The notes under the pieces: generated by a model
Database searches by the model: none
What the model saw: only the letters and a program-made list of their open reading frames with translations
Told to the model about the DNA's origin: nothing
Program-made: the position numbers and the translations under genes
Part shown: positions 50,345-63,341 of the stretch, in pieces
Layout: each line of letters begins with the position of its first letter
Numbering within the stretch: the stretch's first letter is position 1
Assembly: GCA_951406725.2 (NCBI GenBank)
Contig: OX597823.1
Location: 116,560,001-116,624,000 of the forward strand
Origin: Octopus vulgaris
Lineage: Eukaryota
Length of the DNA stretch: 64,000 nt
Direction of reading: 5' to 3'

Positions 50345-50560
50345 GTGGTTTCAAATTTTGCCACAAGGGCAGCCATTTGGGGGTGGGGGTGAGTAGTTGA
50401 TTACATCAACCCCAGTGTTTCACTGGTATTTAATTCATCGACACCGAAAGGATGAAAGGCAAAGTCGACCTCTGCAGAATTTGAACTCAGAATATAAAGA
50501 CTTAGAAGAGATGCTGCTTATCAGTTTGTCTTACATTCTAACAATTATGCCAGACCACTT
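50345..50560 (-). mobile_element. Meta-domain-like SINE
   Basis: GAAAGGATGAAAGGCAAAGTCGACCTCTGCAGAATTTGAACTC. Confidence 0.65.
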
Positions 50561-51432
50561 TCAGTAATGATGATGATGATGATGATGATGCCACCACTGC
50601 CGACACCAACACCACCAACGCCTGCACCAAAGTGACAATGGAGATAATGTAGCCACCCTGACTTCCCAACAGAATAAATTTTCCAATGTGAAATGATTTT
50701 AAAATCTATTTATTTATTACTTTTTTGCGTTTTTCCAAACATTTCCTCAAATTGAACAGTACCACTTGGAAAGTAGAATCAAGAAACCATTAATAAGAAT
50801 CAGCTTTGGGCAAAGAATATCCTGTTAAAGCGTTATGCTCTTGTTTTAAGGAATTGATTATTATTGTAGAATATGAATGAGGAAAATGGCAAAGGAAATA
50901 GAAAAAAAAAACAAGAAACTTCAGAATTATTTTGCTGCGTAATTTTCTATTTTATTTCTGCCTTTTGTTATTGTTGTTTGCTTAGATTTATTTCTTTACA
51001 AATAAATTTTTTTCTGTCATTTGTTTAGTGTATGTGTGTGCACCTGTCCATCTGTGTGTTTGCGAATGCACTCTCCATATGTCTGTGAGTGTTTCCAAAG
51101 GTGGAAAGAGCTTACTTTGGTTTTAAAGACTTTCGTTTTCTGTTGTTGTTCTTTTTTTTTTTTTTCTGTTGATTTCTTCCCAATTTTCTCCCTGAAAAGA
51201 TTGCTTTAATGATTCTAAATTATCTCATTTGTCATTGAATTGAACATTTATAAAACCACACACACACAAAAAAAAATAAATAAAAATAATAATAATAAAT
51301 GCCAAAAACAAAAACAGAATTCTCTTTGATGAAAATAGAATTCTAAATGGAGTGGAAGTCTGTAGGTTTTAAAATGATATTTTCTAAGATTAAATCAGTG
51401 GTTTAATTTCAATAATAGTAGTAGTAGTAGTA

Positions 51433-51476
<44 letters not shown>

Positions 51477-51504
51477 GACGATAATAATAATAATAATAAT
51501 GATA

Positions 51505-51705
51505 GTTCTTTCTACTGTAGGCACAAGGCCTAAAATTTGGAGGAGGGGGAGAGTTGAATACATCGACCCCAGTGCATAACTGGTACTTAGTTCATCGACC
51601 CCGAAAGGGTGGATGGCAAAGTTGACCTTGGCAGAATTTGAACTCGGAATTAAGCGGCAGACGAAATACCGCTAAACTTTTTGCCCAGCGTGCCACCTCA
51701 CCACT
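51505..51705 (-). mobile_element. Meta-domain-like SINE in (AAT)n
   Basis: CATCGACCCCGAAAGGGTGGATGGCAAAGTTGACCTTGGCAGAATTTGAACTC. Confidence 0.7.
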
Positions 51706-52164
51706 TTTAAGAATGACGATGATGATGATGATAATAATAATAATGATAATAATAATAATAATAATGATAATAATAATAAAGGAATTTTTTCAGTAAAGTC
51801 TCAACAACTGAGCAATGGTTGTGACATTAATTATGTGAATATATCTTTATCCTTTATCTTCTATCTTTTACTTGTTTCAGTCATTAGGCTGTGGCCATGC
51901 TGGGGCACTGTTTTGAGGAATTTTAGAAGAGCAAATCAAACTCAGTTCTTAATTTTCTTTTTAAGCCTCATAATATTCTATCAGTCTCTTTCACCAAACA
52001 GCAAAGTTATGGAAATGTAAACCCACTAACACAAGTTGACAGGTAGTTATGGGGGACAGAGACACAAAAATACACACACACACACTCATATACACACACA
52101 CACTCACACATGCACTCACACACACACACACTCACTCACACTCACATACACACACACATGTATT

Positions 52165-52550
52165 TGTCATCCTCACATCCGCTTTCCATGCTAGCATGGG
52201 TTGGACGATTTGACTGAGGACTGGTGAACCAGATGGCTGCACCCAGCTCCAATCTGATGCAGAAGATCTTCTGCAGCTGCATGCCCTTCCTAATGCCAAC
52301 CACTCCGAGAGTGTAGTGGGTGCTTTTACGTGCCACTTGCACAAGGGTCAGTCAGGCAGTACTGGTAACAGCCACACTCAAATGGTGCTTTTTACGTGCC
52401 ACCTGCACAGGTGCCAGTCCAGCGGCACTGGCAATGACCTTGCTTGAATGTTTTTTCATATGCGACCGGCACAAGTGCCAGTAAGGCATCTTTCGTAATG
52501 ATCACGCTTGAATGGTGCTTTTTACATGCCACCACCACGGAAGCCAGTTA
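52165..52550 (-). mobile_element. RTE-type 3' UTR
   Basis: Colinear with 34777-35242. Confidence 0.75.
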
Positions 52551-53023
52551 TATACATACATATATATAAATACATATATATATATATATATAAAGTCACT
52601 AAATCTCACCAGCTATTGTCCAAATAATTGTAACAATTTCACACTGTTAATGATATAAAGATATATATGTATATATATGGAAAGAGGGGGTGTATTTCCA
52701 AGCAGGAAAAAATATAGGAGAATTTGTTTTTGTTTATGAAAATGTATCAGCATTTGAAAAACTTGGAATTGTTTTTAAATAAATTTATTTACATACACAC
52801 CAAACTACTTTGAACAATTTTTTGTTTATCAATGGTATAAACGTATATAAAACAATGGGATTTTAACAATTTAAAATTGCGAAGTAGAAAACATGTTTAA
52901 ATGATTAAATGTTCACAAAATTCATTGACAGTGGTTGATGATATCAAAAATGATCAGCGAAGAGCATAAAATATATGGATTGCTAAAAGTTCAGTCATAA
53001 TGAATTATTATAGAATACATGAT

Positions 53024-53256
53024 GGCGGCAAGCTGGCAGGACCGTTAGCATACAGGACGAAATGTGTAGCCGTATTTCGTCTGTCGTTACGTTCTGAGTT
53101 CAAATTCCGCCGAGGTCGACTATGCTTTTCATCCTTTCGGGGTCAATAAATTAAGTACCAGTTACGCACTGGGGTCAATGTAATCGACTTGATCCATTTG
53201 TCTGTCCTTGTTTGTCCCCTCTATGTTTAGCCCCTTGTGGGTAATAAAGAAATAAA
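53024..53256 (+). mobile_element. Meta-domain-like tRNA SINE, full length
   Basis: GGCGGCAAGCTGGCAG...GAGTTCAAATTCC head, then GAGGTCGACTATGCTTTTCATCCTTTCGGGGTCAATAAATTAAGTACCAG (Meta/Sauria-like core). Confidence 0.8.
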
Positions 53257-53373
53257 TTATAGAATACATGGACAAGAGAGAGAATTAAGAACAGAAGAGA
53301 GTAAAAAAAGGGGTTTTTATACAGTTTCTGTCATCATGCGTGTGTTTCTTTTCCCCTTCGAGTACAGGGCTTT

Positions 53374-53448
<75 letters not shown>

Positions 53449-53611
53449 AGGCAGGTCTCAGTGCCTTAAAGCAGAATGCTGTAGATGCAAACTCTGTCAG
53501 CTGCTACTTTAGAGTGTGCTGTTAGCTTACCATTGTCCTAGGTTATATGTTTGTATGTCGTTATTACAGCTGGTACCTGTCATCTAGTTATTCAAATTTT
53601 ACATTTGTATC

Positions 53612-53772
53612 CAGGAATGGCTGTGTGGTTAGTAGCTTGCTTACCAACCACATGGTTCTGGGTTCATTCCCACTACTTGGCACCTTGGGCAAGTGTCTTC
53701 TACTATAGCCTTAGGCTGACCAAAGCCTTGTGAGTGGATTTGGTAGACGGAAACTGAAAGAAGCCCATCGTA

Positions 53773-53821
<49 letters not shown>

Positions 53822-54041
53822 GTATATGTTTGTGTGTCTGTGTTTGTCCCTCCAGCATCGCTTGACAACCGATGGTGGTGTGTTTATGTCCCCGTAACTT
53901 AGCAGTTCGGCAAAAGAGACCGATAGAATAAGTACTGGGCTTCCAAAGAATAAGTCCTATGATCGATTTGCTCAACTAAAGGCGATGCTCCAGCATAGCC
54001 GCAGTCAAATGATTGAAACAAGTAAAAGAGAAAAGAGAAGA
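53612..54041 (+). mobile_element. SINE family A, full length
   Basis: Homology to 20-437. Confidence 0.9.
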
Positions 54042-54926
54042 GTCTCCACTCTCGACATTGAGTACTATATGAATCATCTTGCTTGTACTTATATAAACCA
54101 TAGATAGTCACACTCACCTAAACACACCTAAACACACATTCAACCATATGATTGCATATATCGCTATTGTAATAATTTAACAATTCAACCACTGATGTCT
54201 CTCTGGTTTAACAATTTAACTTAAGAAATTCTGTAAGAAAGTTGTTTTCCTTGTGTAGTTTAGTCAGAAGTTGGTCCCACTCACAACAACAAATATTTTG
54301 CTAGGCCTTCAAGACTCTTAGGAAAAAATCAAGGATCTTTAAAGAAGACCTGGTCTGAATGTTCACAACAGACAGGGCTCTGCTAAAGGTACCTAAGAAC
54401 CAGAAAGCAGTCTGGCAGTTGGTACATTCAGTCCAATGGCCTTCTACACTGTTTTGTCTATCCATTTTTACTCAATTGGTTGATCTGAGGTTGTATTAGA
54501 AGGTATTTTTCAAGGTACTCCACAGAACGGTTGAACCTCAAACAACCCAATTAATAAGCAAGCTTTTTACCTATGGTGCCATGCATGTATGGCTAAAATG
54601 TAGATGGCAGAAGATTCTCTAAGTCTTCCTACAAGGCTTAATATGATAGCAAAACAAAGAGAACAGAAAATTTTCATGTCATGTGTCACACACACACACA
54701 CACATATGTATACCTATAGCTGTGTATGCATATATGCATGTACCTATGTATAATTCTATATGTCTAGGTGTTTATACATACATACATGTATATGTATGTT
54801 TGTATGTGTCTATATGTGTATATATATGTGTATATATATGTATTTATATGTATGTGTATGAATATATATATGCATATATATATGTATATATATATATATA
54901 AATATATATGTGTGTGTGTGTGTATG

Positions 54927-54962
<36 letters not shown>

Positions 54963-55381
54963 CATGTATTTACATACATATGCATATGTATATATAATTA
55001 ATGAATCTCAAAATGATTAATTAAGTTAATTGATAATTTGTTTGCATTCAGTGTTAAATCTCATTATAAACATTGAATCAAGGTGTGACACTTTGTTATG
55101 TTGGTCATTAGTACAATAGCCTCTGCCGCTAGTACTAAGTCACTAACGAATTATCTGTTAAGCAAGAGCAATGGAAATAATCTGTTAAGCAAGTGTAATG
55201 GAGATTTTATTAAGATAAAGTAGTACAGTTGCAATTTAAAGTAGCTATTCTTAAGGGATAGTCAGAGCAATCATAACTACTATTGTATGCAAAATATTCA
55301 CTTTAGGTCTTGTCAACAGGCATTTTACTCATTTTTTTATATTCTGCAGCTGGTATTTATAATGGCTGATATCATTAATTA

Positions 55382-55691
55382 TGGAGGCTCGGTGGCCCAG
55401 TGGTTAGGTCAGCGGACTCGTGATCATAGGATCGTGCTTTCAATTCCCAGACCGGGCGTTGTGAGTGTTTATTGAGTAAAAATACCTAAATCCTCCACGA
55501 GGCTCCGGCAGGGGATGGTGGTGATCCCTACTGTACTCTTTCACCACAACTTTCTCTCACTCTTTCTTCTGTTAGCCTGCTCGCTTAGCCGGCGGGGTGG
55601 CGTCATTTGAAGGCTAAAACAATGCGAATCGCATTGTGACCAGTGATGTGTAACATCTGATAGCCTGGTCGGTCACGGTGATCACGGTGAT
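55382..55691 (+). mobile_element. tRNA-Arg-headed SINE, tail type 2
   Basis: Colinear with 19478-19771. Confidence 0.8.
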
Positions 55692-56552
55692 ATTATTAAT
55701 TATATTAAAAATTTAGCTATATAATGCATTGCTTCATAATTCATGTACAGGATGAGAGAGGGAGAGAGAAAGAGAAAGAGAGGGAGAGAATATGTGTGTA
55801 TTTCTGTATAGAAGAGGTGTTATGTCCATTGTTGAGATGGGTTTGTGTGAAGTTTACTTGCAATGAATCTGATTAAGTTGGCATTTGAAAGATTCTTGTG
55901 AAAACAAGAAAACTTGATAGCAATAGAATTTCTTAGAATGCCTTGAAGTTATTGTTCATTCCATGTATGCACCGAGTCTGTTGGTTGCAAATTGAACCCT
56001 TGATAAAGGATAGAGTAGAGGGAGGGTGGATGGGTGTGGTTATTGTGGCAGCAATGAACCTGACATTGATTGGGTTGGAGAAAAACTGTTTAAACTTGAC
56101 ACTTTGTTGGTTACAGAAAGCTAGAGGTGTCTCACAGGTGACACTTAATATTGATCTCCATCACATACTCACACAAACACACACACACACACTCATATAA
56201 ATAGACATACATAGACATACACAAATACACTGATATCTATCATACAAATACTGACAAACTCATACAAAGATCTAATCACAGAGACATGCAAATATATATA
56301 TATACATACACAAAGATTTTCATCTACCCCCTCTCTCCCCCCTCTCTCCCCTCTCTCTCACACTTACACACGTTTTGCATTTATTTTCTCTTCAATGATA
56401 ATAATAAATGTAGAAAAACTAAAAAGAACCTTACAGCCATTCCACTAAACTCTTCCTTTCCTTTTCCCTCTGTAAGGGTAAGTACGTATAGATCAGCATA
56501 TCCATGTGTATATGTGTGTATAGATCAGTGAGAATGTGTTGTTCTCTTTATC

Positions 56553-56599
<47 letters not shown>

Positions 56600-56782
56600 T
56601 TCTCTCTCCACTCACTCTCCATTTTTGATTTGGTTGAGTTCTCCGGCTACATTGATACGATGTATACATCTCTGCTACACAGATATCGGAATATCACAAC
56701 TGGCAGTATTGACTTCAATATCGGTGTCAAGAATTTGACTCCCTAAATAGGAATTGGAGGACGTCACCTCCACCCAGCCACC

Positions 56783-56944
56783 ATGACCTCCACTCTGTCC
56801 TGTCCCGTCCCGTCCCACCCTCACCCATACCCTGTCACCCACCCGTCCCCTGCAACCGGCAGCATCACCATCATTGACAACTGTGAAGAGTGTGTTATCC
56901 TGAAGGCATGCAAAGTACTTGACTTGACTGCACCACTCACTTAA
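56783..56944 (+). CDS. Candidate 53-aa small ORF in a non-repetitive island (unverified)
   Basis: GCCACC-ATG context; MTSTLSCPVPSHPHPYPVTHPSPATGSITIIDNCEECVILKACKVLDLTAPLT*; no recognisable homology. Confidence 0.15.
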   Translation: MTSTLSCPVPSHPHPYPVTHPSPATGSITIIDNCEECVILKACKVLDLTAPLT

Positions 56945-57023
56945 GGGGTTCTTCATAGATAACACTTGTTCAAGACTTCAAGACAGTGCTGTCAAGTCAA
57001 GAAGAATATGGAGGGAGTGATGG

Positions 57024-57064
<41 letters not shown>

Positions 57065-57394
57065 GGAGAATTGAGAGGAATTAGAAATAAATAAAGAATC
57101 GGCAATGGAAATGTGCAGAGTGAAGTAGAGATTGAAGAATTACTGATAATTGCTCAAAGGAAGGTGTTGAGGAAAGGCTGGTGGCAGGAAGAGTTTGGTG
57201 GGTGGGGTGAGATTCTGAAGTAAAAGCAGCTGGGGACGAATATCTCAAAACTTTACAACAACAAAAATTTGATAACCTATATGGAACTAAAATTCAATAA
57301 TAATTCCTCAAAAACATGAAGATAGAATTGGCTCTAGTCTTTCTTTTATTTTCTGTTTTTGTTTTACTACATTATATATGTGTTTTTGTATATG

Positions 57395-57442
<48 letters not shown>

Positions 57443-57512
57443 ATATGTAGTGAGAGAGAGGGAGGTGCATGCATATGTCTGTCTATGTGTATGCATGGGT
57501 ATATAAATATGG

Positions 57513-57560
<48 letters not shown>

Positions 57561-57844
57561 TGTGTGTGTGTGTGTGTGTGTGTGTGTTTATGCATTCTAT
57601 TCAGAAAATTCTTTTCTTGAAATAAGGAACTTAGAAAAATTAAAAAGTTTCATTGGAATGAAGGAAAAAAAGGTTGTATAACTGAAAATCACTATGAGAA
57701 AGTGAATTTAGAGAAATTGAAACCTATTTGACAGAGGAAAAGGATTTTGCTGTTTATATGAAAGGTTTAGAGTTAGAGTAATTTCTATAAGTGTTGTTTT
57801 GAATTCATTTTATTTATCTTGTCTACTATGCTTTTCAGAGAATC

Positions 57845-57846
57845 TG

Positions 57847-57904
<58 letters not shown>

Positions 57905-58005
57905 CATCCATCCATCCATCCATCCATCCATCCATCCATCCATCCATCCATCTATCTAACTATCTGTTTGTCTGTCTGTCCATCCATCCATCCATCCATC
58001 CATCC

Positions 58006-58062
<57 letters not shown>

Positions 58063-58077
58063 CCTATCTATCTATCT
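57845..58077. repeat. Compound (CTAT)n/(CCAT)n tetranucleotide array
   Basis: Seen directly. Confidence 0.95.
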
Positions 58078-58394
58078 TTTTAATAAGTGCTTATGCACTG
58101 GAAAAATATACCCACAAAATTCAAGAAATCAGTTCTTTAACATGTCAGTAAACTTCAATATATTATTATTTCAGATATTACATCATGTATTGTTTAAAAT
58201 GGGTCCAAATGATTGTTCAGGAAGAATATTTGGAAGAACAGAAAGCTATGTCAGTCATATTTGCTCCCCAAAATTTGTTCTGCTCTACAACTGTTTTCAT
58301 GACATGTGATAACATAATCAACTATACAAAGTTTTTGGGGTTACAAAATTACTTTACTTGAATATGATGTGGGTGTCCTTTTATTAAAAACGTT

Positions 58395-58804
58395 ATATAT
58401 ATAAAATTAAATAAAAAGGGTAGAAATTGATATTAATCAATTAAAACCAGTGGCTTAGCATATTTTAAAAAGTCTGAAGATTAAAAATTGTGTTACATAC
58501 AAAATTTAGAGGACAGACCACTAAAAGTGGACAGCCTATACGCTAGATATAGACGTCAAATCGCCATTACCACGAAGAGTGTGTTTTCAAGAAAAAACTC
58601 AGCAAAAAATCAAAGTGTAAAAATAAGCCAGACAAATGAAAATATACGAAATAAAAACGATTACCTATGTACCATTGGTTTCCCTTGTTAATATTTACGT
58701 ATATGGACACACAAACTTGAGAACACATTCTTCGTGGTAATGGCGATTTGACGTCTATGTTTAGCATATAGGCTGTCCACTTTTAGTGGTCAGTCCTCTA
58801 AATT
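58395..58804. mobile_element. TA-flanked repeat with 89-bp inverted arms (58503-58591 and 58716-58804), PLE-like architecture
   Basis: The arms are reverse complements with few mismatches; the unpaired left end (58395-58488) recurs inverted at 28030-28120, also next to (TA)n. Confidence 0.7.
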
Positions 58805-59694
58805 ATATAAATATAAATATAAATATATATATATATATCATGTGATTGATTATACAGTGTAGTCAAAGGAATATGGTGGGATTGACTAACATTGCATCAA
58901 ACATATTTGCGTATTCTGCTGATTTGAGGTTGTTTTATTTTTGAGAAGAACTCCAGAAAAATTTAATGAATGAAGGAAAAACATTCAGAAAGCATGTATG
59001 AGGAAAACAAGTTGTGTGTGTGTGTGTGTGTGTTTATAGATAAATGTAACCCTTCCAATGGCAGCTTTCAATTAATAATAATAATGTACGTCCCTTTGCA
59101 TTTTTCTTCCCAACTTTATATTTATATTTATATTTCTTGTGTAAATTCATATTTGGCTTTCCCTTCTTTTTGACATTTTCTGAAATTCCTGTTTTTCTGC
59201 TGAAGTTAATTTAATCTGAAATCAATTTAGTTTGTCGTTTTAAATGTATTCCAAATGATTTTAAGTTTCTTTCCTGTCTTTTTCTTTGGTTTTCCCTTCA
59301 AATTTCATTTTAATTTCCGTTTCTAGATCTATATACCATTTCCTTCTGATCAACATGGGATACATTGTGCAGTTGATTTCTTTCAGGGAATTTTTGAGGA
59401 AGGGAGACAGGGCAACATTTTCTGTTTGTTCAGTTTCTTGTGATATTCTTTAGAAGGGCCACATAGATTCCCAGCAAAAACATCAACAGCATCAAAACCC
59501 AAATAGGATTTCACAAATTTCTGCTCATTTTATTTTATTATGGGAAAAAAAAATTAAACGTGGTTTTTAAAATTTTTTTATTAATCTTTACTGTTCTGTG
59601 TGTGAGTGTGTGTGTGTGCGTGTGTGTCTGTGTGAGTATGCGTATACGTGTGTTTGTATTTATAGATGTACGTAAGCATGTATGTATGTATAAT

Positions 59695-60015
59695 CATCAT
59701 TATCATCATTTAACCTCTGTTTTCCTTGCTGGCATGGGTTGGACATTTTGACAGGAACTGGCATGGCTGGAGAGCTTTGCAGGCTCCACGTCTGTTTTGA
59801 CATGGTTTCTATGGCTGGAGGCCCTTCCTAATGCCAACCCCTTTACAGAGTATACTGCATGCTCTTACACTACACCATCATGGGTGCATCTGCATGGCAT
59901 CAGTAAGGGTGCTTTTTTATGTGGCACCAACACACATAAGTCTGCAAGATTAGGAATGGATGCTCAGCTTCAGAGGGATGCAGGTGATATGTCTGTATGC
60001 AAAGACAACCATGAT
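59695..60015 (-). mobile_element. Diverged RTE-type 3' end
   Basis: (CAT)n, GGCATGGGTTGGAC, GGCTGGAGGCCCTTCCTAATGCCAACC. Confidence 0.65.
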
Positions 60016-60017
60016 TT

Positions 60018-60276
60018 TACATTATTTACAATATTTACATTTGATGGATATTTGTCCTCATCCTGTTTGTTGTTAACACAACATTTCGGCTGATATATCT
60101 TCCAGCCTTCATCAGGTGTCTTGGGGAAATTTCAAACCTGGGTTCTTATTCCTAACGTTCGAAATTTCCCCAAGACACCTGGTGAAGGCTGGAAGGTATT
60201 TCAGCCAAAACGTTGTGTTAACAACAAACAAGATGAGGACAAATATCCGTCAAATGTAAATAATGTAAACAATGTA
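60018..60276. repeat. Palindrome (arms 60018-60137 and 60157-60276), inverted PLE pseudo-LTR
   Basis: 120-bp arms with a 19-nt loop; each arm contains a minimal hammerhead. Confidence 0.9.
60075..60120 (-). ncRNA. Minimal type-I hammerhead ribozyme (Penelope type); mutated mirror copy at 60174-60219 on the plus strand
   Basis: GACAC-CTGATGA-A-GGCTG GAAGATATAT CAGCC-GAAA-TG-TT-GTGTT; the mirror reads CTGGTGA...CAGCC-AAAA-CGTT-GTGTT, so the two-arm consensus has a canonical core and the palindrome AACGTT. Confidence 0.8.
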
Positions 60277-60739
60277 TATGATTCCTTTCTTTTTGGCACC
60301 AGCACTAATGAGATCACCAAGTAACTCTCAAGATATAACACCACTACTATTCCAACCAAGTATTGCAGAAGGGGACACTGTGCAAACTGTTTTGAGAAGA
60401 AAGTATGATAGAGGGGCTGGAACAGTTGTTTTGAAGCAGAGGAGATACATGGCTACTCCAGCTGGAAAAGGAAAAAGCAGGGTGGAGGTGAGGTGTCTGA
60501 ACATGGCCTCAAGTTACAAGGCAAATAAAGAGAAAAAGGATTCAAGAAAATGAATCAAGAATAGCTTGATGAGTAGATTTTCAAGGGTGTGAAAGAAGGG
60601 ATATAAATGATTAGAAAAGAGGATTGAGGTGAATGGTGAATCGAGCTGGAAGTGTGGTCAATGGTGAATTTCTGTTTGGGGCAAAGGTAAAGGAAAACAG
60701 AAATAGGTCAGAGAGGTTATAACATATTTATTCACGTAT

Positions 60740-61030
60740 CTGTTGAGCCCCCCTTTGGTCATGACTGACCATGGGATTGCACCTAGAAAGTTACCTTCCC
60801 AGGTACAAGTCTGGGCAAGGTTGTTTATGGAAGACCCGCAGTCGCCCATGCATACCATCCTCCCATCTCCACATCACTGATGACATCGCAACTCATACAG
60901 CTGAGTGAACTGGAGCAATGTGAGATAAAGTGTTTTGCTCAAGAACATAACACACAGCCTGGTCCAAGATTCGAACTCACAACCTCATGATTGTAAGCTC
61001 GATGCTCTAACCACTGAGCCATGCACATTC
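60740..61030 (-). mobile_element. CORE-like tRNA SINE, family C
   Basis: Colinear with 8576-8905, with an internal deletion. Confidence 0.75.
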
Positions 61031-61951
61031 ACTGTACCTAATATACTGAGTTTTATATCAAATAATGCTTGTACCATGTAAAACATATTTAAATATACTT
61101 CACAATTCTGACATTATAATGTTTGTGTGTGTGTGTGTGTGTATGATACACACACACGCATGCACACACACACATTGATAAAGAGAGAGAGAGAGCATGG
61201 AGCATGTGCATCCTGTCTGGAATTTTATTTTCCTCTTTGTTGTATGTAATTATTTATGTATATATATTTATGAGTTATGTCTTATTAATGTACTTTATAC
61301 ATATGAATATGCGAATGTCTGTAAGTATGTACGTATGTATGCATGCATGACTTTATGAATGCGTGAATATAACCATGCATACGTAGATCAATATACATGT
61401 GAATGTATATGTGCATACTTGTAAACATCACATCCCTCCAGGGACAACAAGCTGAAGGCAATATGTTCTATACAAGGTTGAATAACTTTTAATTAATCTT
61501 GCATTTCATTTTATTTCCTACTTTCCTCTTCTTTCTCTTCTTCATCTCTTTCTGTCTCTCACACAATCTCTCTCTCTCTCTCTCTCCCTCTCTATCTCCT
61601 CCTCTCTCTCTCCCCTTACTGCTTGGCTTTTCTTCCTTTCTTGAAATTTTGTTTTTTTCCTTGTCTATTCCTTCCTCTTTTCCCCACTCTCCAGTGTGTG
61701 TGTGTGTGTGTGTGTGTGTATCCTTGAAATATTATTACACTAGACCTAACATAATCCCAAATGTCCTTAAAATTTTCTTCAAGATGCTAAAGTCTCTGTA
61801 CAAAAACACTGTATTCTGGGTCAAATAATATTGCAGCCATGAAGACGACTTTCTATTTTAAAATTCTTCTATTTTAAAATCTTATATGCAATATTGATAA
61901 AATTATGGTGTATAGACCTCAGCAATAGTTTAATGATACATATAACTTTTA

Positions 61952-62365
61952 GGCGGCAAGCTAGCAGAAATGTTAGCACACCGGGCGAAGTGCATAGCAG
62001 TATTTTGTCTGCCGTTACATTCTGAGTTCAAATTCTGCCGACTCGACTTTGCTTTCATCCTTTCAGGGTTGATAAATTAAGTACCAGTTGTGCACTGGGG
62101 TCGATATAATCGACTTAATCCATTTGTCTGTCCTTGATTGTCCTCTCTGTGTTTAGCCCCTTGTGGGTAGTAAAGAAATAGGTATTTCGTCTGCCACTAT
62201 GTTCTGAGTTCAAATTCTGCCAAGGTCGACTTTGCCTTTCATCCTTTCGGGGTCAATAAATTAAGTACCAGTTACGCACTGGGCTCGATATAATCGACTT
62301 AATCCATTTTGTCTGTCTTTGTTTGTCCTCTCTGTGTTTAGCCCCTTGAGGGTAGTAAAAGAAAT
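61952..62365 (+). mobile_element. Head-to-tail dimer of the Meta-domain-like SINE
   Basis: Full unit at 61952-62181 followed directly by a 5'-truncated unit at 62182-62365. Confidence 0.8.
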
Positions 62366-62707
62366 ACGTACATATACCTTTGAAACTGTATCTTGAAGCG
62401 TAAAAATAAAGAGTACAAATATTTGCTTCAGATGCCAACTCTTTTCTCCATACCATTACTAACATTGACATTGATCCAAACTATGATCTCTTTGAACTGA
62501 GAATTAAAGAATATTAACTCTTGATGCTATGCATCCTCAACCAACTTGGAATGAATGATGACTCTATAATATATATATGACTGTCATCATCATCATCATC
62601 GTTTAACGTTCGTTTTCCATGCTAGCATGCGTTGGACGGTAATATATATTTACTTTGAGCACTTTTGCTGCACTTGTTTTGCGTTAAAGAATAATTTTTA
62701 GTATTAC

Positions 62708-63286
62708 GCTTTTACTCTTTTACTCTTTTACTTGTTTCAGTCATTTGACTGTGGTCATGCTGGAGCACCGCCTTTAGTCAAGCAAATCGACACCAAGACT
62801 TTTTCTTTGTAAGTCCAGTACTTATTCTGTCGGTCTCTTTTGCCAAACCGCTAAGTTACAGGGATGTAAACACACCAGCATCAGTTGTCAAGCGATGTTG
62901 GGGGGACAAACACAAACACCTAAACATATACTAACATACACATGTATATATGTGCTTGTCTCCCCCTTGTAAAAATAAGGACACAGGAAATGTGTCAAGG
63001 CCGACAGGAAGCGTTGATGCTTCCTAGGGCTAAATAGCAGTAGTTTGATTCCCTTCATGGGACTGTCACATTAAGTTGACAGTATACAACTGTTATATAT
63101 ATATATATATATATATACATATATACAACGGGCTTCTTTCAGTTTCCGTCTACCAAACCTACTCACAAGGCTTTGGTCGGCCTGAGGCTATAGTAGAAGA
63201 CAGTTGCCCAAGGTGCCACACAGTGGGATTGAACCTGGAACCATGTGGCTGGTAAGCAAGCTACTTACCACACAGCCACTCCTATG
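62708..63286 (-). mobile_element. SINE family A with an insert of about 150 bp in its microsatellite
   Basis: 3' half at 62708-62925, unrelated segment at 62950-63093, 5' half at 63126-63286. Confidence 0.8.
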
Positions 63287-63341
63287 CTGACCAAAGCCTT
63301 GTGAGTGGATTTGTAGATGGAAACTGAAAGAAGACCATCAT

